Origin: Ascidiella aspersa
Taxonomy: Eukaryota
Length of the DNA stretch: 64,000 nt
Assembly: GCA_963924565.1 (NCBI GenBank)
Contig: OZ004609.1
Location: 29,946,001-30,010,000 of the forward strand
Direction of reading: 5' to 3'
Part shown: in pieces, positions 36,501 through 47,962 of the stretch
How positions within the stretch are numbered: the stretch's first letter is position 1
Layout of the letters: every line of letters begins with the position of its first letter
Notes under the pieces: generated by a model
The model's database searches: none
Told to the model about the DNA's origin: nothing
The model's input: only the letters and a program-made list of their open reading frames with translations
Position numbers and translations under genes: made by a program

Positions 36501-39500
36501 ATTCGCCAAACGCAACGCTTTCGGTGCCATGACTCGCACACACTGGTCGCTTGCCAAACACGCAAATACACCAATACAATACACAAAAACGATTCTTACG
36601 CAACGCATTAATGCGCGCTTAAAAACCGCACAAAGGTGAATCAAGGCGCGATTCGGTCCATAAGCATTTTAAAGCGTCAAAGAAAAGTCCCAACATTCTG
36701 AAGCTACAGCGCAATCGTGTCAAAGTCCATAGTGCGAGGCGCCCGGCAAATTAGAAACAGGAAACTGTGAGACGCAGGCAAGTCGACTGGGACGATTCAT
36801 TGGCTAAGCGCTGGTCATTAGGGAATCGAATAGCGCCTAAAACGACAAGTTTGGCCTTTCGAGGCGCCGCGAGCAAACGGCAAGTGTATCAAAAGAACAC
36901 TTTTGATCCGACCAAGGATGAAAGACAAGTTTTTTTGCGCATTACAGACCTCTCAAAAGCCTGAAATATTCACGCTTTGCCTTTGCTATATCGTTGGTCA
37001 AGTATAAATTATAGGCAAAAAAGTGCATAGTATCAAATCATTACTGAGTTGCATCCAAAAAGGAGATAACATTGAAATTCAAATAGCACTTCACTCACCA
37101 AAAAACTATCATAAGGACTATATACTAAGTATAGGACAACATGTATATTAAGATCATAGATTTCAGGTGCGACATTAAAATAAGTCTTGCGAAATTTCCC
37201 ATTTTTTTCTTTAGCGGGGCTATGTATTGGTATATGGAGAGCAACGAGTCTGTTTAGGGCTCGCCACGGTTATAGCTTGCTCATGTTAGCGAAACGACGG
37301 TTACTGGAGGCGAAACGACTGAAGATACCACGAGAAAGTTCGTCGCCCCTGCGATTATTGCCACAACCAGTGCCACAAAGGAAAAGGTGCTGCTGAAACG
37401 GGATCGGTCGCTTGTAAACATGATATGATTGCTTCGAGAGTTCGAGCGAAGGCAAACAATATACCAACGAGACGGTTTCAAAGATGGTTCGACCGCTTGG
37501 TCGGCTTAAACAAGGTCCAATAACCGTTAGCGCTTTTTGCAAACCCTACATTAGGTGGGTACACTATGCACGGATCTGTAATGTAGCTTAATAATAAATT
37601 TCAAAGCCAAAAAGGTCGAGTAGATCGACAGCATCTTGATTAAGACGTTTCGATACGAACTGTAAAATCTCTGATGATAACAATTGCGTCCTGCCTTTTA
37701 TAAGTGAAGCTTTGATTTGCTTTTCAGTCACACTAACTGAAGATGATACAAGTTCGCATCGAAACGTCTTAATCAAGATGCTGTCGATCTACTCGACCTT
37801 TTTGGCTTTGAAATTTATTATTAAGCTACATTAGGTGAATTTTCAACTTTTGACAGTTTTACAAGACGGGTTTAAAGCAGACGGTTTCCTTTTATAAACC
37901 ATGCTTTATATGTTACATTTCAACTTTTGCTAGTTTTTAAAAGGCCGCTTAAAAGATGACTTGTTTTTTATTTTTTTACAAATGCTGCCTAAAATAGGTG
38001 GCTACCTGAAAAACCACACAACAGGAGTTCTTCCATCACGAACAAGTTTTTACAAAGACATTTTAAAAACAGCTGGCGCATTAAAAATTTCATCAAACAA
38101 TGCAATATTATATGCCTGTTTTACCCGTTGGTCTCATTCATGAAACAATACAATATTTTCCTTTTGTAAAAACCTATTAAGCCATTTTTTTGCAAAACTC
38201 AGCAATGTAAATATTATCTCCGAAAGGCAAAATATATATTGTTACATTATATTAAGAAGGCATATATTATCGTCGCAACCATGTAAAAACTAAAAAAAAG
38301 GAGCCTACTGTCTTTCGCCACGCAAACCGGTGGTATTTACAAGGACATTTTAAAAACAGCTATCCCATCAAAAAACTCCTCAAACAATGCATTATTATAT
38401 GCCCGTTTTCAGCCCTTGGTCTCATTAATGAACAACAAACTATGTATGCCTTCAAACCCTTTAGGCCGTTTTTTGCAAAACTCTTTAAAAAGCAGGCAAA
38501 TATGATCGTCGCAACCATACTTTGCAAGGTAGAAAAAAAGAGCCTACAAGGTATTCGCCACGCAAACCGGCGCGACCCACAAGCAGACAGACAAGCCGCC
38601 ATCTTGGCACTTCACGGAGGTTGTTTGCAGACAAACATGCGAGCCCTCACCTTGTTTGCGAAGTCCTGGTGTATCTTGGCCTCCAACAAAGATGCCGCCT
38701 TCACCTGTTTCCACGTCTCACCCAGGGTCCTGTCGATTAAAAACAAGCACCAATTGTCAACAAGACGCCGATGGGATTTGAGAGACATTTTGTATCACGA
38801 TTGGACATCTCGTAAAGCTATCAGACCGAGGTTTTGTTTAAGCCTAAGGACTTCAGGTCTCTCGGCGACGTCGTAAAATTATTTTAACGAGGTTGATGGT
38901 TATCTATGCTGTGTACGTTAATATAAAAATAACGTTGAGTAAACCTGTGCTGAGCATGCTGCCTATGTTAAATTTTCGCATTCTGTAGCAAGTGATGCTG
39001 TTAATGACATTGACGAAACTCTGCGGTGAACCATTTTTTATATGATATAATGTCATTAAGTTGTTGTAGAAGTGCTGCTTTCCCCAAAAAATGCGAATCC
39101 CCTATGTAGGCACATAAAGCGGCCGCGCGCGACAAAAATGGGTGTTGTCCTTACATAATTGATTACCAAACCATAATATGGACACTTGACGGACGCAACA
39201 GCGCGCTTTGGTGAAAGCTGCTGGCGATCAAAAGCCGCTCGACCATCTTCACGTTAAATTGAGCAAATGCGTTCGAGCGTATGACAGGCTACAAAGCAAA
39301 TGGTCGCATCATAATATAGACGGCCGGTACGTATCATCAGTACTGCGTCAATATTGCCTCTGAGCAAATTTAAACGGCCGATTGAATAAGCGAGCTTGTT
39401 TTTCGAGCTTGTAGCACGTTTGAATACATGGCCTGGCGTAGATTTAGGATATATCTATGTACGGTGCGTCGCTTTGCCCTAATCACAACTGGGCACACCC

Positions 39501-42500
39501 CTTAGCGTTGTATAAACTGCGTAGGGGCAATGTCATTTAGCCTTTATGCTACAACAACGTTCAAGGGTGAATATCGTCATGGGCCAATGCCATTGGATCG
39601 CATGCGTGTTAAAATCTCGCAACCGAGAGACCAGTCTATGTAACAATACTAAAAAGTATATTTTTACCGGTTTTGAGTCGACATGAGTGTGAAAACGTTT
39701 AAATTGCGTTTTTCTTTGATTTACTTTGTTTTTTGGTTTTTAATTCTCTAAACTGCATTGTACACGCAAGTTTGTAAAGTGATAATAATAGGCCATTCTC
39801 TCAATGTAAAATAACTTACACAATAGAAAGTAAACAATACAAATGTAAATAATGCAAAAGTGGCCTTGTTGAAACAGTTCAGAGAAAACAAAGTCAAATT
39901 TAAATAGTGGGCTACAATAGCCCTTAAACATGATAACTGTGTCTGCAAAATTAAACGAAACCATAGAACTGTTTTTTTTTAGCTTTCTTTTGACTGTTCC
40001 TGTTTCTTTTTTAGGCAAAGCCAGGTCAGCCTTTATTTAAGGGTGAATAGCTTTCAATGTCTCCAAAAATAGCCTTTTTATCGGCTTTCCGAGTAAAAGG
40101 GTTTACTTTTTGTTCATCTCGGTTTGACTCACCCCTCTTCCTGCATTGCATGCATGCTGTTGGCGATACTCGTGAGGCCTTTGGCGTATTGAAGTTCCAA
40201 CGCTTCCCTGAACAAAAGACATTAGGTGTTTCAAGGAAAGGAAAAGATACACGCTACTTCCTTATGCCTGGCCGGACATAGCATGTGATTTGACCAGCTA
40301 AGTAGCTATAAAACCGGTACACGTGTCTTCATATTAAAATAAGCATATCACATCAATAGAAATCAAAGAACCTAGGAAGCAGCCCAAAACAATCCACAAT
40401 GTTTTAACTTTCAATCACATATTTGAGATAACATGAGGATGTACCTTGCTTTGAACAAGTCGGACATTTCTTTGCAAATATTCTTTTCCTTTAACATCTT
40501 CTGTTGCAGAACGGAATACCCGCTTTGGTAATTGTGGCTGTCACCAACGTCGCTCTGAAAAAAACCCGCATAATTGCTGAATAAACATAGAAGTTTTCAA
40601 TGATTTTAATGCAGAATGAAGAAATAAACTTTCAACTAAGAATACGATAGGGTCAATAAGAGTACCCTAAATATCTTACCAGTCATTGCAGTCTGCATTT
40701 ATTACCTTAAAAAGCAAGTTAAAACACCCAATAAATTATAACTTGCCACGTGAATCACTTTTTAATCATTTAATATACACTGCCAATTATGAAAACAATT
40801 GTGGTATTCAAACCAATGGATAAATAACAATATAATTGCTAACCACATAATCCGTGAGTAATAAGCCTATATTAGTTTTATTGGTGCCTAATTGTCATCA
40901 AAACATACCTATGACAATCACAATAAAATTTTAGTCCCTAGAAACCTAAATATAGTGCAAAGTTTTTCAGTTGAGTTCGTATTTACCCAGAAGTAGTCGC
41001 AGTAGCTAAATTTTCCAGGCTGAAGAAGACTCTGTTCTTTAGCTTCCGTTTCGTCAGGGTAGGATATTCCATTGTGCTGTGGGATTTAACACAATACAGA
41101 ATCAGCAGGGCAAGGTTACAAAAGGACAGCAGGTGACACATTCAACTAGGTTTAAATATTTATAATGTTTTGCTCTGTAGTACGGTAGTTGTAACAACCA
41201 ACCTAAACTGTAAGAGTAGGATTATTTGTAGGTATAATATATACACTTGAGTTTACACACCAATATACAATATACATATAAATATTTTTAGACATGGCCA
41301 TTTAAATCTCACAAAAACACAAACACATTAAAACACACTACAATAAATTACCACTACTTTTTTGCAAAATTCGTTTGACAGCCAAAATATCAAAACTATT
41401 TCTCATTCATTTCTAGTCACCTTTAAATATTAAAATTTGAAGGCATTAACCTACAAGCATTTAAAATTCTTTTGCACAACATTCCACTTACAATTCTGAA
41501 TTTGGGTTTTGTGCTATGGCCGTTTGACATTGGGGTGGCTGGTCGCGACAGGGTTGACCCATTGCGTTTGGGGGTATTTTCGGGCCTTCCTTGTGGGGTT
41601 GTGGGTTGGGACTGTGACTGGGGTGATAAACGAATGCTCGGGGGCTTTTTCGACAATGGGGTTGACGGTTCAGATACAGTGGTTGTGGCGTGACTTGGAA
41701 TCTGCAGATAGGTATACAATTTAATCTTAATTTATGACAAAAGCAACACAATCTAAACATTGATTTTGTTATGATAACTTTATACAATATTTTTAGTTTC
41801 TAGAAAAAAAAAGCATTTTTCGAGTATCAGTTATTTTTCCATTTGGTTATTCCTGATATTTTGCTCTGTATGCCTTACCTTGTTATGCACTGTAATTACC
41901 TCATATTACATAGCCCAGGTTTCGCTGCAAATAGCCTCGAGCCATAAGCACAATGCCAGTATACAACATGTATTTTAAAACAGTTAAACTTTACAACCCT
42001 AGACTGTCATTGCTAGTATAGCACATACACGAGATTCATTCTAATTTATTGCAACACAACATTTGCTATATGAAATTTTAACAACAAATTTTTAAAATAT
42101 ACCTGTAAGTGGTTGTGGTTTTCTTTTGTGTCACCAAAATCTGGCGTTAAATCCAAGGTAAGGCTCTCAACTCCAGCTGAAAGATTGTAAAACAGGAGTG
42201 ATATAAGATTTAGGAGTTAATCATAAAGTTACATCCCTTCTATATTACTAATCATGCGCAACTGCAGGAGATATTGTCACCCACCACAGCGATGTACACA
42301 AACATAACATGAGGTGTAGGTACAACAGTGAAACAATAAAGATTCAAGCAAAACCACAAAGGTTGTAAAAGAGATCCAAAAACAACTTTATTCAACAAAA
42401 GCAGAATACTATAGTTACGCAAAAAGCATCGTCAGTTCTGCTAAAATGTTCTGCTAATGATATGGAGAAGAGATCAACAACTAGCTATGTTGGAGCAGGC

Positions 42501-44879
42501 TTAGATCCCAAAATTAACAAAAATAGTAATAATATTATTATTATTTCATCAATGAAACAATAAAGTGGTTCAAATTAAATTCGGCAAAATATGGATAACA
42601 ATTGATTGCCTAAAAGTAAAAAAAAATTATGACAATAAATTTAATATGTGGTAAGCTTAAACAGATATTATTGGTATTAATAAATTGGAATATTTCCTGT
42701 TACATACTTTTCTGTAAGGAGCACTACAAATCTTATATACTCAAAAAATGCAGTGCCAATAGCAACATTTGTTAGAATGTAGTATTCACAGCGTTTCATT
42801 GAAACTGAAATCGGACACCGATCCCAGATTAGCCTTCATCTTTGCTAACCACATTAATGGATAAACCCTGTTGCCGCATACCACTTCCCAAATTATTTCC
42901 TGTATTGGGTTTCGATGGAGCATTGCCTTTGCCCAGACCCTATTGACAAACAGGCTTAACAGTGAAGTAAAATTACCCATCACAACGCTGTCTTTAGATC
43001 CACGCTCAGAGCCGTGAATGCCGTCTGGTAACTCCCAAGAACTCTCTGCATTACAAAAGAAACAGAGCTTTGTATCAAGATTTACTGCATGTCAGTGTCA
43101 TGTACTCATGTCACAGCTTTAACTTTCATTACAGTCTGCTAACATGCGGGCTTCGGGAGCATAAATATTCTTACAAAGTTAGAATTGGTTGTTTTTATTT
43201 GGGTGCAGTTTTATGAAAACCTACTTTAGTAATCAGACACTTTAGTTAATTGATGATGATTTTACAAATTAGACAACAAAACATGAATTGTTATCAGAAA
43301 GACAGTCTGACACTAATTAATACTTACATGTCAATCTATTTGAGTTAAAACATGAATTGAGAGATTATTAACATACAAAACAAAAAACAACAATTTAATT
43401 TGTTTAAATATATAATCTATAGCATACCATTTGTTTTCGTGTTCACATAATAAATCTCTCCCTTTGGCGTTTTAATTTCATTCCATTCGTCAGAGGTTGT
43501 GGACGACACCTCAGATTCCTTTATTAAAAAATAAATTCAAATTTTATTAAACAATGAGGTGGGTACAAACAACTGACACCAAAACCATCAACAAACTGAT
43601 ATATTTAGCAACATTGCAATTATGGCTACATAAAAATTTGGTAATACTTGGTTGTATAATTGTTTAACTTTTAAAAGCACTGTTTAATGAGAATTGTTGA
43701 ATTTCATTGGTTATATATAGTCTAGCAAAAGAAGTTAAAGCCTAGCAAAGTAGCAAAAAACGTAAGTGTTTGACAAGATAAAATTGGATAGTGTCACTAA
43801 ACAACAAACGCTCTTAACGAAAAATAGATGAGCTGTTTAAACAATAATGGTCCACATTGCACACAATTCAGATTTTCAAATTGTGCACCTGTATTTTAGT
43901 AACATATGAGGCCGGAAACCAGCCCTTGGTGCCGTTTAATTCCCCTTCCCACCATCCTTCATCACCAGAAAACAAGATATGGATGATTTCTCCAGCTCCA
44001 AAAGATAAAGTGGTTATCTGAAATGGAAGAAACTCACTATTATTAACTTTATCTAAGTTAAGAATGTTAAACAACAAGAGCTGATCTCAAAAACAAAATC
44101 GAATTTTCAGAAACAAAAGATAAGTGTTCTTTTTTTCATTTAACAAACTTTTTAGACTTCCAAGGCCTTTTTAGTGTCAGTAAGTTCACAGTGTAAGTGC
44201 CAGGCAAGTAGTCATGTGAATTTAAAATACATACGATTGAAGAAATGCCCCTTCGTATTTTGTTAAAGTTGACTGTGATTTCCGTGAGTAAATACTTCAT
44301 GAGAAGTACACATATAAACTGGAACTAGGGTATTTTAATTATCATGATATATTTACATATTTTCTGTCAATCAAGTGGTTAGACCAGTGGTTCTCAACCT
44401 TTTTTCTTTCGTGGCCCATCTACGTTGCAAAAAATTCCTTGGCCCAATAGTTTTATGAAAGAAAAAAACAAAAAAAGGTTTAACAAAACACAACAAAACA
44501 TATTTCAAAACAGATCATTTATTCAACCTTGCATTAGTGTGATACTTGAGGCTGAACAATAAATTTACATTCCTTTTTTATTCCTCCCCAAGCCATTATT
44601 CCTGTAAAATTAAATATAGTGACACAAATGAAACCAAATCTAGCTTTTTTTAATTGGTCTGTGGCCCACCTTAAATGGTTGAGAACCGCTGGGTTATATA
44701 CATTGCTAATACACGCGACAACCAATTCGCTACGGAAAACCAACGCTCAATAAATACGATCCAAAAATATTTACCTAAATAAAATTGAATAATGACATGT
44801 GGATTTCATAACTAGTATTTACCTCTCCGCCGCCTTCGCCGTTGTAGGAATACACGCTTTTACACCTGCCCTCCGACAT
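21523..44879 (-). CDS. GAS7: growth arrest-specific protein 7 (SH3, WW, F-BAR), 15 exons, ~504 aa
   Basis: Exons 44879-44823, 44017-43889, 43518-43428, 43045-42977, 42176-42103, 41701-41492, 41076-40987, 40554-40445, 40207-40133, 38729-38651, 34441-34332, 28811-28730, 27707-27662, 26563-26385, 21636-21523 (1515 nt, phases consistent). SH3: GWWEGELNGTKGWFPASYV. WW: WNEIKTPKGEIYYVNTKTNESSWELP. F-BAR: FSYCDYFW, QEEGTLGETW, WFEEMVT. C-terminus DRELWVRKNATGKVKPVDL. Confidence 0.95.
22729..22992 (-). mobile_element. non-autonomous Penelope-like element with inverted arms and hammerhead ribozyme (copy 1)
   Basis: 13-bp TSD TATATATAAACCT (22716-22728 / 22993-23005). One-sided tail GTACACTATGCCGGAT. 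Inverted arms, the right arm internally deleted. Homologous to 37558-37825. Confidence 0.8.
22812..22849 (-). ncRNA. minimal type I hammerhead ribozyme motif
   Basis: Minus strand reads TAA-CTGAAGA-T-GATAC-AAGTTC-GTATC-GAAAC-GTC-TTA. Core CUGANGA/GAAA, perfect 5-bp stem II, GUC cleavage triplet, 3-bp stem I and palindromic ACGT in place of stem III, as in Penelope-like minimal hammerheads. Confidence 0.75.
23878..24411 (+). mobile_element. internally deleted hAT (Charlie/Buster-like) DNA transposon
   Basis: TIRs CAGGGTTTCCCAAACT / AGTTTGGGAAACCCCG, perfect TSD CCTTAGTA, subterminal GTGGTCCGCG repeats. 24182-24292 encodes KYRSRLSVDSDLQVCLLQTPPRIKNLCRKKQSYPSH*, a typical Buster transposase C-terminus. 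Confidence 0.9.
24969..25222. mobile_element. hAT-type MITE
   Basis: CAGGGGT...ACCCCTG ends with perfect 8-bp TSD TTCAAGGC. Confidence 0.88.
25631..26057. mobile_element. hAT-type MITE, degenerate
   Basis: CAGTGGTTCCTAAACC start, eroded right TIR, TSD GTTTAAAC / CGTTAAAC. Confidence 0.6.
26545..26870. repeat. ~135-bp degenerate tandem repeat spanning the GAS7 exon 14 acceptor
   Basis: Motif TTAGGT..T.GGCTGT.GGAATCG recurs at ~26552, ~26689 and ~26815, with shared spacer motifs (TAGTGT.TTGG, GGATAAAATT, TTGCAAACCGCA). Confidence 0.8.
28201..28666 (+). mobile_element. GACTT-repeat MITE family copy
   Basis: CTGTGTTGT...ATGACTTGTTTACAACACTG, colinear with 56470-56910. Confidence 0.8.
28904..29194. 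mobile_element. hAT-type MITE
   Basis: CAGTGGTTCT / AGAACCACTG termini and subterminal GGTGCCG repeats. Confidence 0.75.
33262..33744. mobile_element. hAT-type MITE
   Basis: TIRs CAGGGGTCGGTAACCT / AGGTTCCCGACCCCTG, subterminal GAGCC motifs. Confidence 0.8.
37558..37825 (+). mobile_element. non-autonomous Penelope-like element with inverted arms and hammerhead ribozyme (copy 2)
   Basis: 12-bp TSD CTACATTAGGTG (37546-37557 / 37826-37837). Same one-sided tail GTACACTATGCACGGAT. 83-bp inverted repeat 37579-37661 / 37751-37833 with one mismatch. Confidence 0.85.
37734..37771 (+). ncRNA. minimal hammerhead ribozyme motif (one stem II mismatch)
   Basis: TAA-CTGAAGA-T-GATAC-AAGTTC-GCATC-GAAAC-GTC-TTA; predicted cleavage 3' of C37768. 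Confidence 0.68.
38050..38570. repeat. diverged tandem duplication (~280 and ~230 bp units)
   Basis: GACATTTTAAAAACAGCT...TTGGTCTCATT...GTCGCAACCAT...TTCGCCACGCAAACCGG occurs at ~38050-38330 and ~38337-38570. Confidence 0.8.
44385..44691. mobile_element. hAT-type MITE in GAS7 intron 1
   Basis: TIRs CAGTGGTTCTCAACC / GGTTGAGAACCGCTG, GTGGCCCA subterminal motifs, TSD GGTTAGAC / GGTTATAT. Confidence 0.82.
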
Positions 44880-44949
44880 GCTCAAAATATATATAGAAGT
44901 ACGCGGGAAACAGCAGTTCTGCTTTAAATCAAACCTAATAACCTAGTGC

Positions 44950-45400
44950 AGTTGTCTCGTATCTAAACAACAAAGCGAGAAAGCTTTTAGTGAACCTGTC
45001 CAAACTAGCTGCGGCTGTTGCTTATCTCCAATTTCGTCCACCTGTCCGCTGACGACCGGCCGAGCCGTGAATCGGGCTAGACGCGGCAAGGCAAGACTAC
45101 TTTGTTTTGTTCGCTATTTCGTCTGCGTTACGCGAATGCGCTTCTCGCGTGCGTGACGTCACGCCGGTGTTGACGCGTTGGTGCGACAGGACAGCGACAT
45201 CTAGCGGTTAAACCAGCCTTGAAATTTTATTGTTCAAATTCCAAGTTGGCCAGCCTCGCTTTCTAAAAGCGCTACAATTGCGACGTCTCTGGGCGCGGGT
45301 TTACGAATTTTGTTTGAATCGGACATGACACTTTTTTAGAGATGACGTCACGTAGGTACGTCATAACGTGACGTTACAAAGTTAGATCTTAACGTGTGGT
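44950..45400 (-). promoter_or_regulatory. CpG-rich GAS7 promoter region
   Basis: CpG-dense island directly upstream of exon 1. CRE palindromes TGACGTCA at ~45154 and ~45344; CTCF-like CAGCGACATCTAGCGG at 45192-45207. Confidence 0.6.
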
Positions 45401-45986
45401 CATAAAAGTAACCTTATGGACACCACACAACTCGCTTATGCGATTAAAGTTTTACATTGGACAGCGGTTACTTTCAATGCAAAAGCTATAATAATGTAAT
45501 CAATTCGCGCAAAGCGCAAAACCCATTTATATCGTTTAGGTTGCCAAAACTTGTACTTTAGACCTTGCCAAAGGAAAGCAATTTCATCGACATTTCAGCA
45601 AACAAATGACATTTCAGCAACAAAATTAGATTCGCGGGAAGCGCGAAACTTTTGTTATTAGTTGGGCTGCCACAAATACTGTTTTGGGGGTGTATTGCCA
45701 CGTGGCTAACACATTTCAGCAACATAATTCGGATCGAGCGAAGCGCGAATTTTTTTAATTTTCTTAGTAAAAAATGCACAAAATACAGTTTGGGGGTATG
45801 GTCACGTGCCCCCCACGCTCCCTCCCCCCTTAGATCCGCCCTGGAAGTCACGTATAGCATAGTGCAAAGAAAATCTGCGGAGACCTTTGTTGACTGTTTC
45901 AACCTGTTCATGTAATGATAAAAAAACCTGTTCTTAATCATAACCTCATAATTATCAAGAAATCTGAGTTTTGTGTGTTATTTTAA

Positions 45987-46121
45987 CAGCGTTGGAAACA
46001 AGTCATTTTGTTTAATGAAAACACCTTATTTCAACCTAGTTATTTCTACAGTCAAGTTAAGTCTTTTTCAAAAAGACAGTGACTTTCACTCAAGTCAAGT
46101 TAGTGACTTATGTCAATACTG
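45987..46121 (-). mobile_element. short internally deleted GACTT-family MITE, reverse orientation
   Basis: CAGCGTTGGAAACAAGTCATT is the reverse of the family end; AAGTCAAGT arrays; ends CAATACTG. Confidence 0.6.
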
Positions 46122-47573
46122 CGTTTTCTTTTTTTATTTGAATAAAAGCTAGCCTCCTGGGTAATATCATTACTGGTGCTTAATAAATCTACAACAGGTT
46201 GTCAAACCGGTTTATAGACTAAAGTTAAATTGCGAGACATGTAATCTTCGCCAATGTGTAAAACTGACTTTTTCTAAAAACTTTTAAAACAGTGCTAGCA
46301 GCAATATACGAAGTTGCCTACTGAACTACACATAAGCGTGAACAAGAACTGACGGCTACATCACCAAGCAACTATAAACTTATTCAAATTTCTGTCACAA
46401 CACACGCAGACGATTGTAAACGTTGACTGAGGCACAGGTCGCGTACGGTCGCGATTCGAAGTCTGTGTTTTAGAATGAGTCACGTCCAGACGACACGCCG
46501 AAACAGCATGCTACGTCTTTAGCATGAAAACTTCTCAGTTTGTGGTTTAATTTTGCTGCCAGCGCTAATTTTAGCGCGCCCGCTGCAAAACATCTTGCTG
46601 TTTTTGTACCGTCAGTCTGCACGTTGGTTCGTTGTTCGTGATACCGGATTGACCTTTTTTGTTTATGTTTGAACCTAAGATAAGGAATAACCGAAACAAG
46701 TAGCTTATGCGAAGTGAAACGTAATTAAAGATTTCTCTCGTGATTGAGAGACATAGGTATAAAAACATACTCTCATAAAATACTATCCACTTAATAGTTT
46801 TGCAGAAACGTATCTCTAAAAACAGTATTCATGGGAGTCTACCAACTCCGGCATTCCTTCGCCTTTATTGATACAATCTATAAACTGTTGTAGCAATATG
46901 TCTATAAGTTACCAACTACCAAATATAGTTTAGACAAAACTTTAACCGGTGGGTCATCATTGCAAAAAGCTCAAAGTTGTGAATCACATAGCTTCAACAT
47001 ACAAGCTACAGGTATGACAGAAGCGAACGTTACGTCTGTGTATACGTAATGCGTATATCACGTTACTGAGGAGCATTCGCGTATATGATGTTTCGATTTG
47101 CAATGCTCCGGATTAAACTTTCACCTAACAACTGTTGTTTTCTTACGCTTTAGACATGTATTTAACATATTAAATAAATGCAAAAAATCCTATTAAATAA
47201 ATGCAAATTGTACTAAATCAAGTGAGGCACACTGCTCGTTATTTTTCGTAAGGTGTATTATTAAAATATACGTCTAACATTTGGTTGTATTAGTTACTAT
47301 AACAAATCTAGCTTTTCATTATAGATTAAAAATATCTTCAGTAAAGACTGCATGGTGACACGCTTGTTTAATAAAAAAATCAATGCGTTGTCGCAAAACG
47401 TAGCTTTTTAAACGTTTTTAGTTAAAATCCATGAGTTAGGTTCAATCGAAAGAATACTTTTATGATTGTAACTATATAGGTAACGAACAATCTATCTACA
47501 CATACTAATCTATGTAATCGATATCAATTTAGGATACAAGAACGTTTTTAAAAAACACTACCGCCGTTTAAAT

Positions 47574-47955
47574 TAGTGTTTGTCAACCTTTCTTGGCCAA
47601 GAACCTTATTAGGTTTTTAAAAATCCCTCCAGTATCACCGGAGCCGCTTCGTGTCGCATAGGAATTCGTTTTTTGCAAATACAATCGCTAATGGATGCTG
47701 TCATTAAAATATTGAACCGAGTTCATGAAAATATCATGATTTATTCCTGGGTTTCCTGCAACCATCAATCCTACTGCGGAGAACAGATCAGTTTTCGATG
47801 GGCTATAAGTATATTTTTTTATTATTAGCTATTTACACCCTAATTGTGATTTTCGAGAAGCCCTATTGTGACATTCAATGACGCATTTTCGTATAAAGTG
47901 AACAGGGGTTGGGGTCACAATTTATATAGAGGCCGTGGTTGGTTGAGGACCACTG
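47574..47955. mobile_element. hAT-type MITE, degenerate
   Basis: TAGTGTTTGTCAACC / GGTTGAGGACCACTG termini. Confidence 0.6.
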
Positions 47956-47962
47956 CTATACT

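Noticed and set aside
37285-37350. Additional hammerhead from GCGAAACGAC repeats and CTGAAGA
   Set aside because: Core elements are in an order with no supporting stems or cleavage triplet; more likely a decayed repeat.
42786-42976. Extended or extra GAS7 exon (ORF 42786-42983)
   Set aside because: The donor at 42976 joins in phase to exon 42176. Read-through reaches a stop, and the alternative acceptor would leave an implausibly short intron. A minor truncated isoform cannot be excluded.
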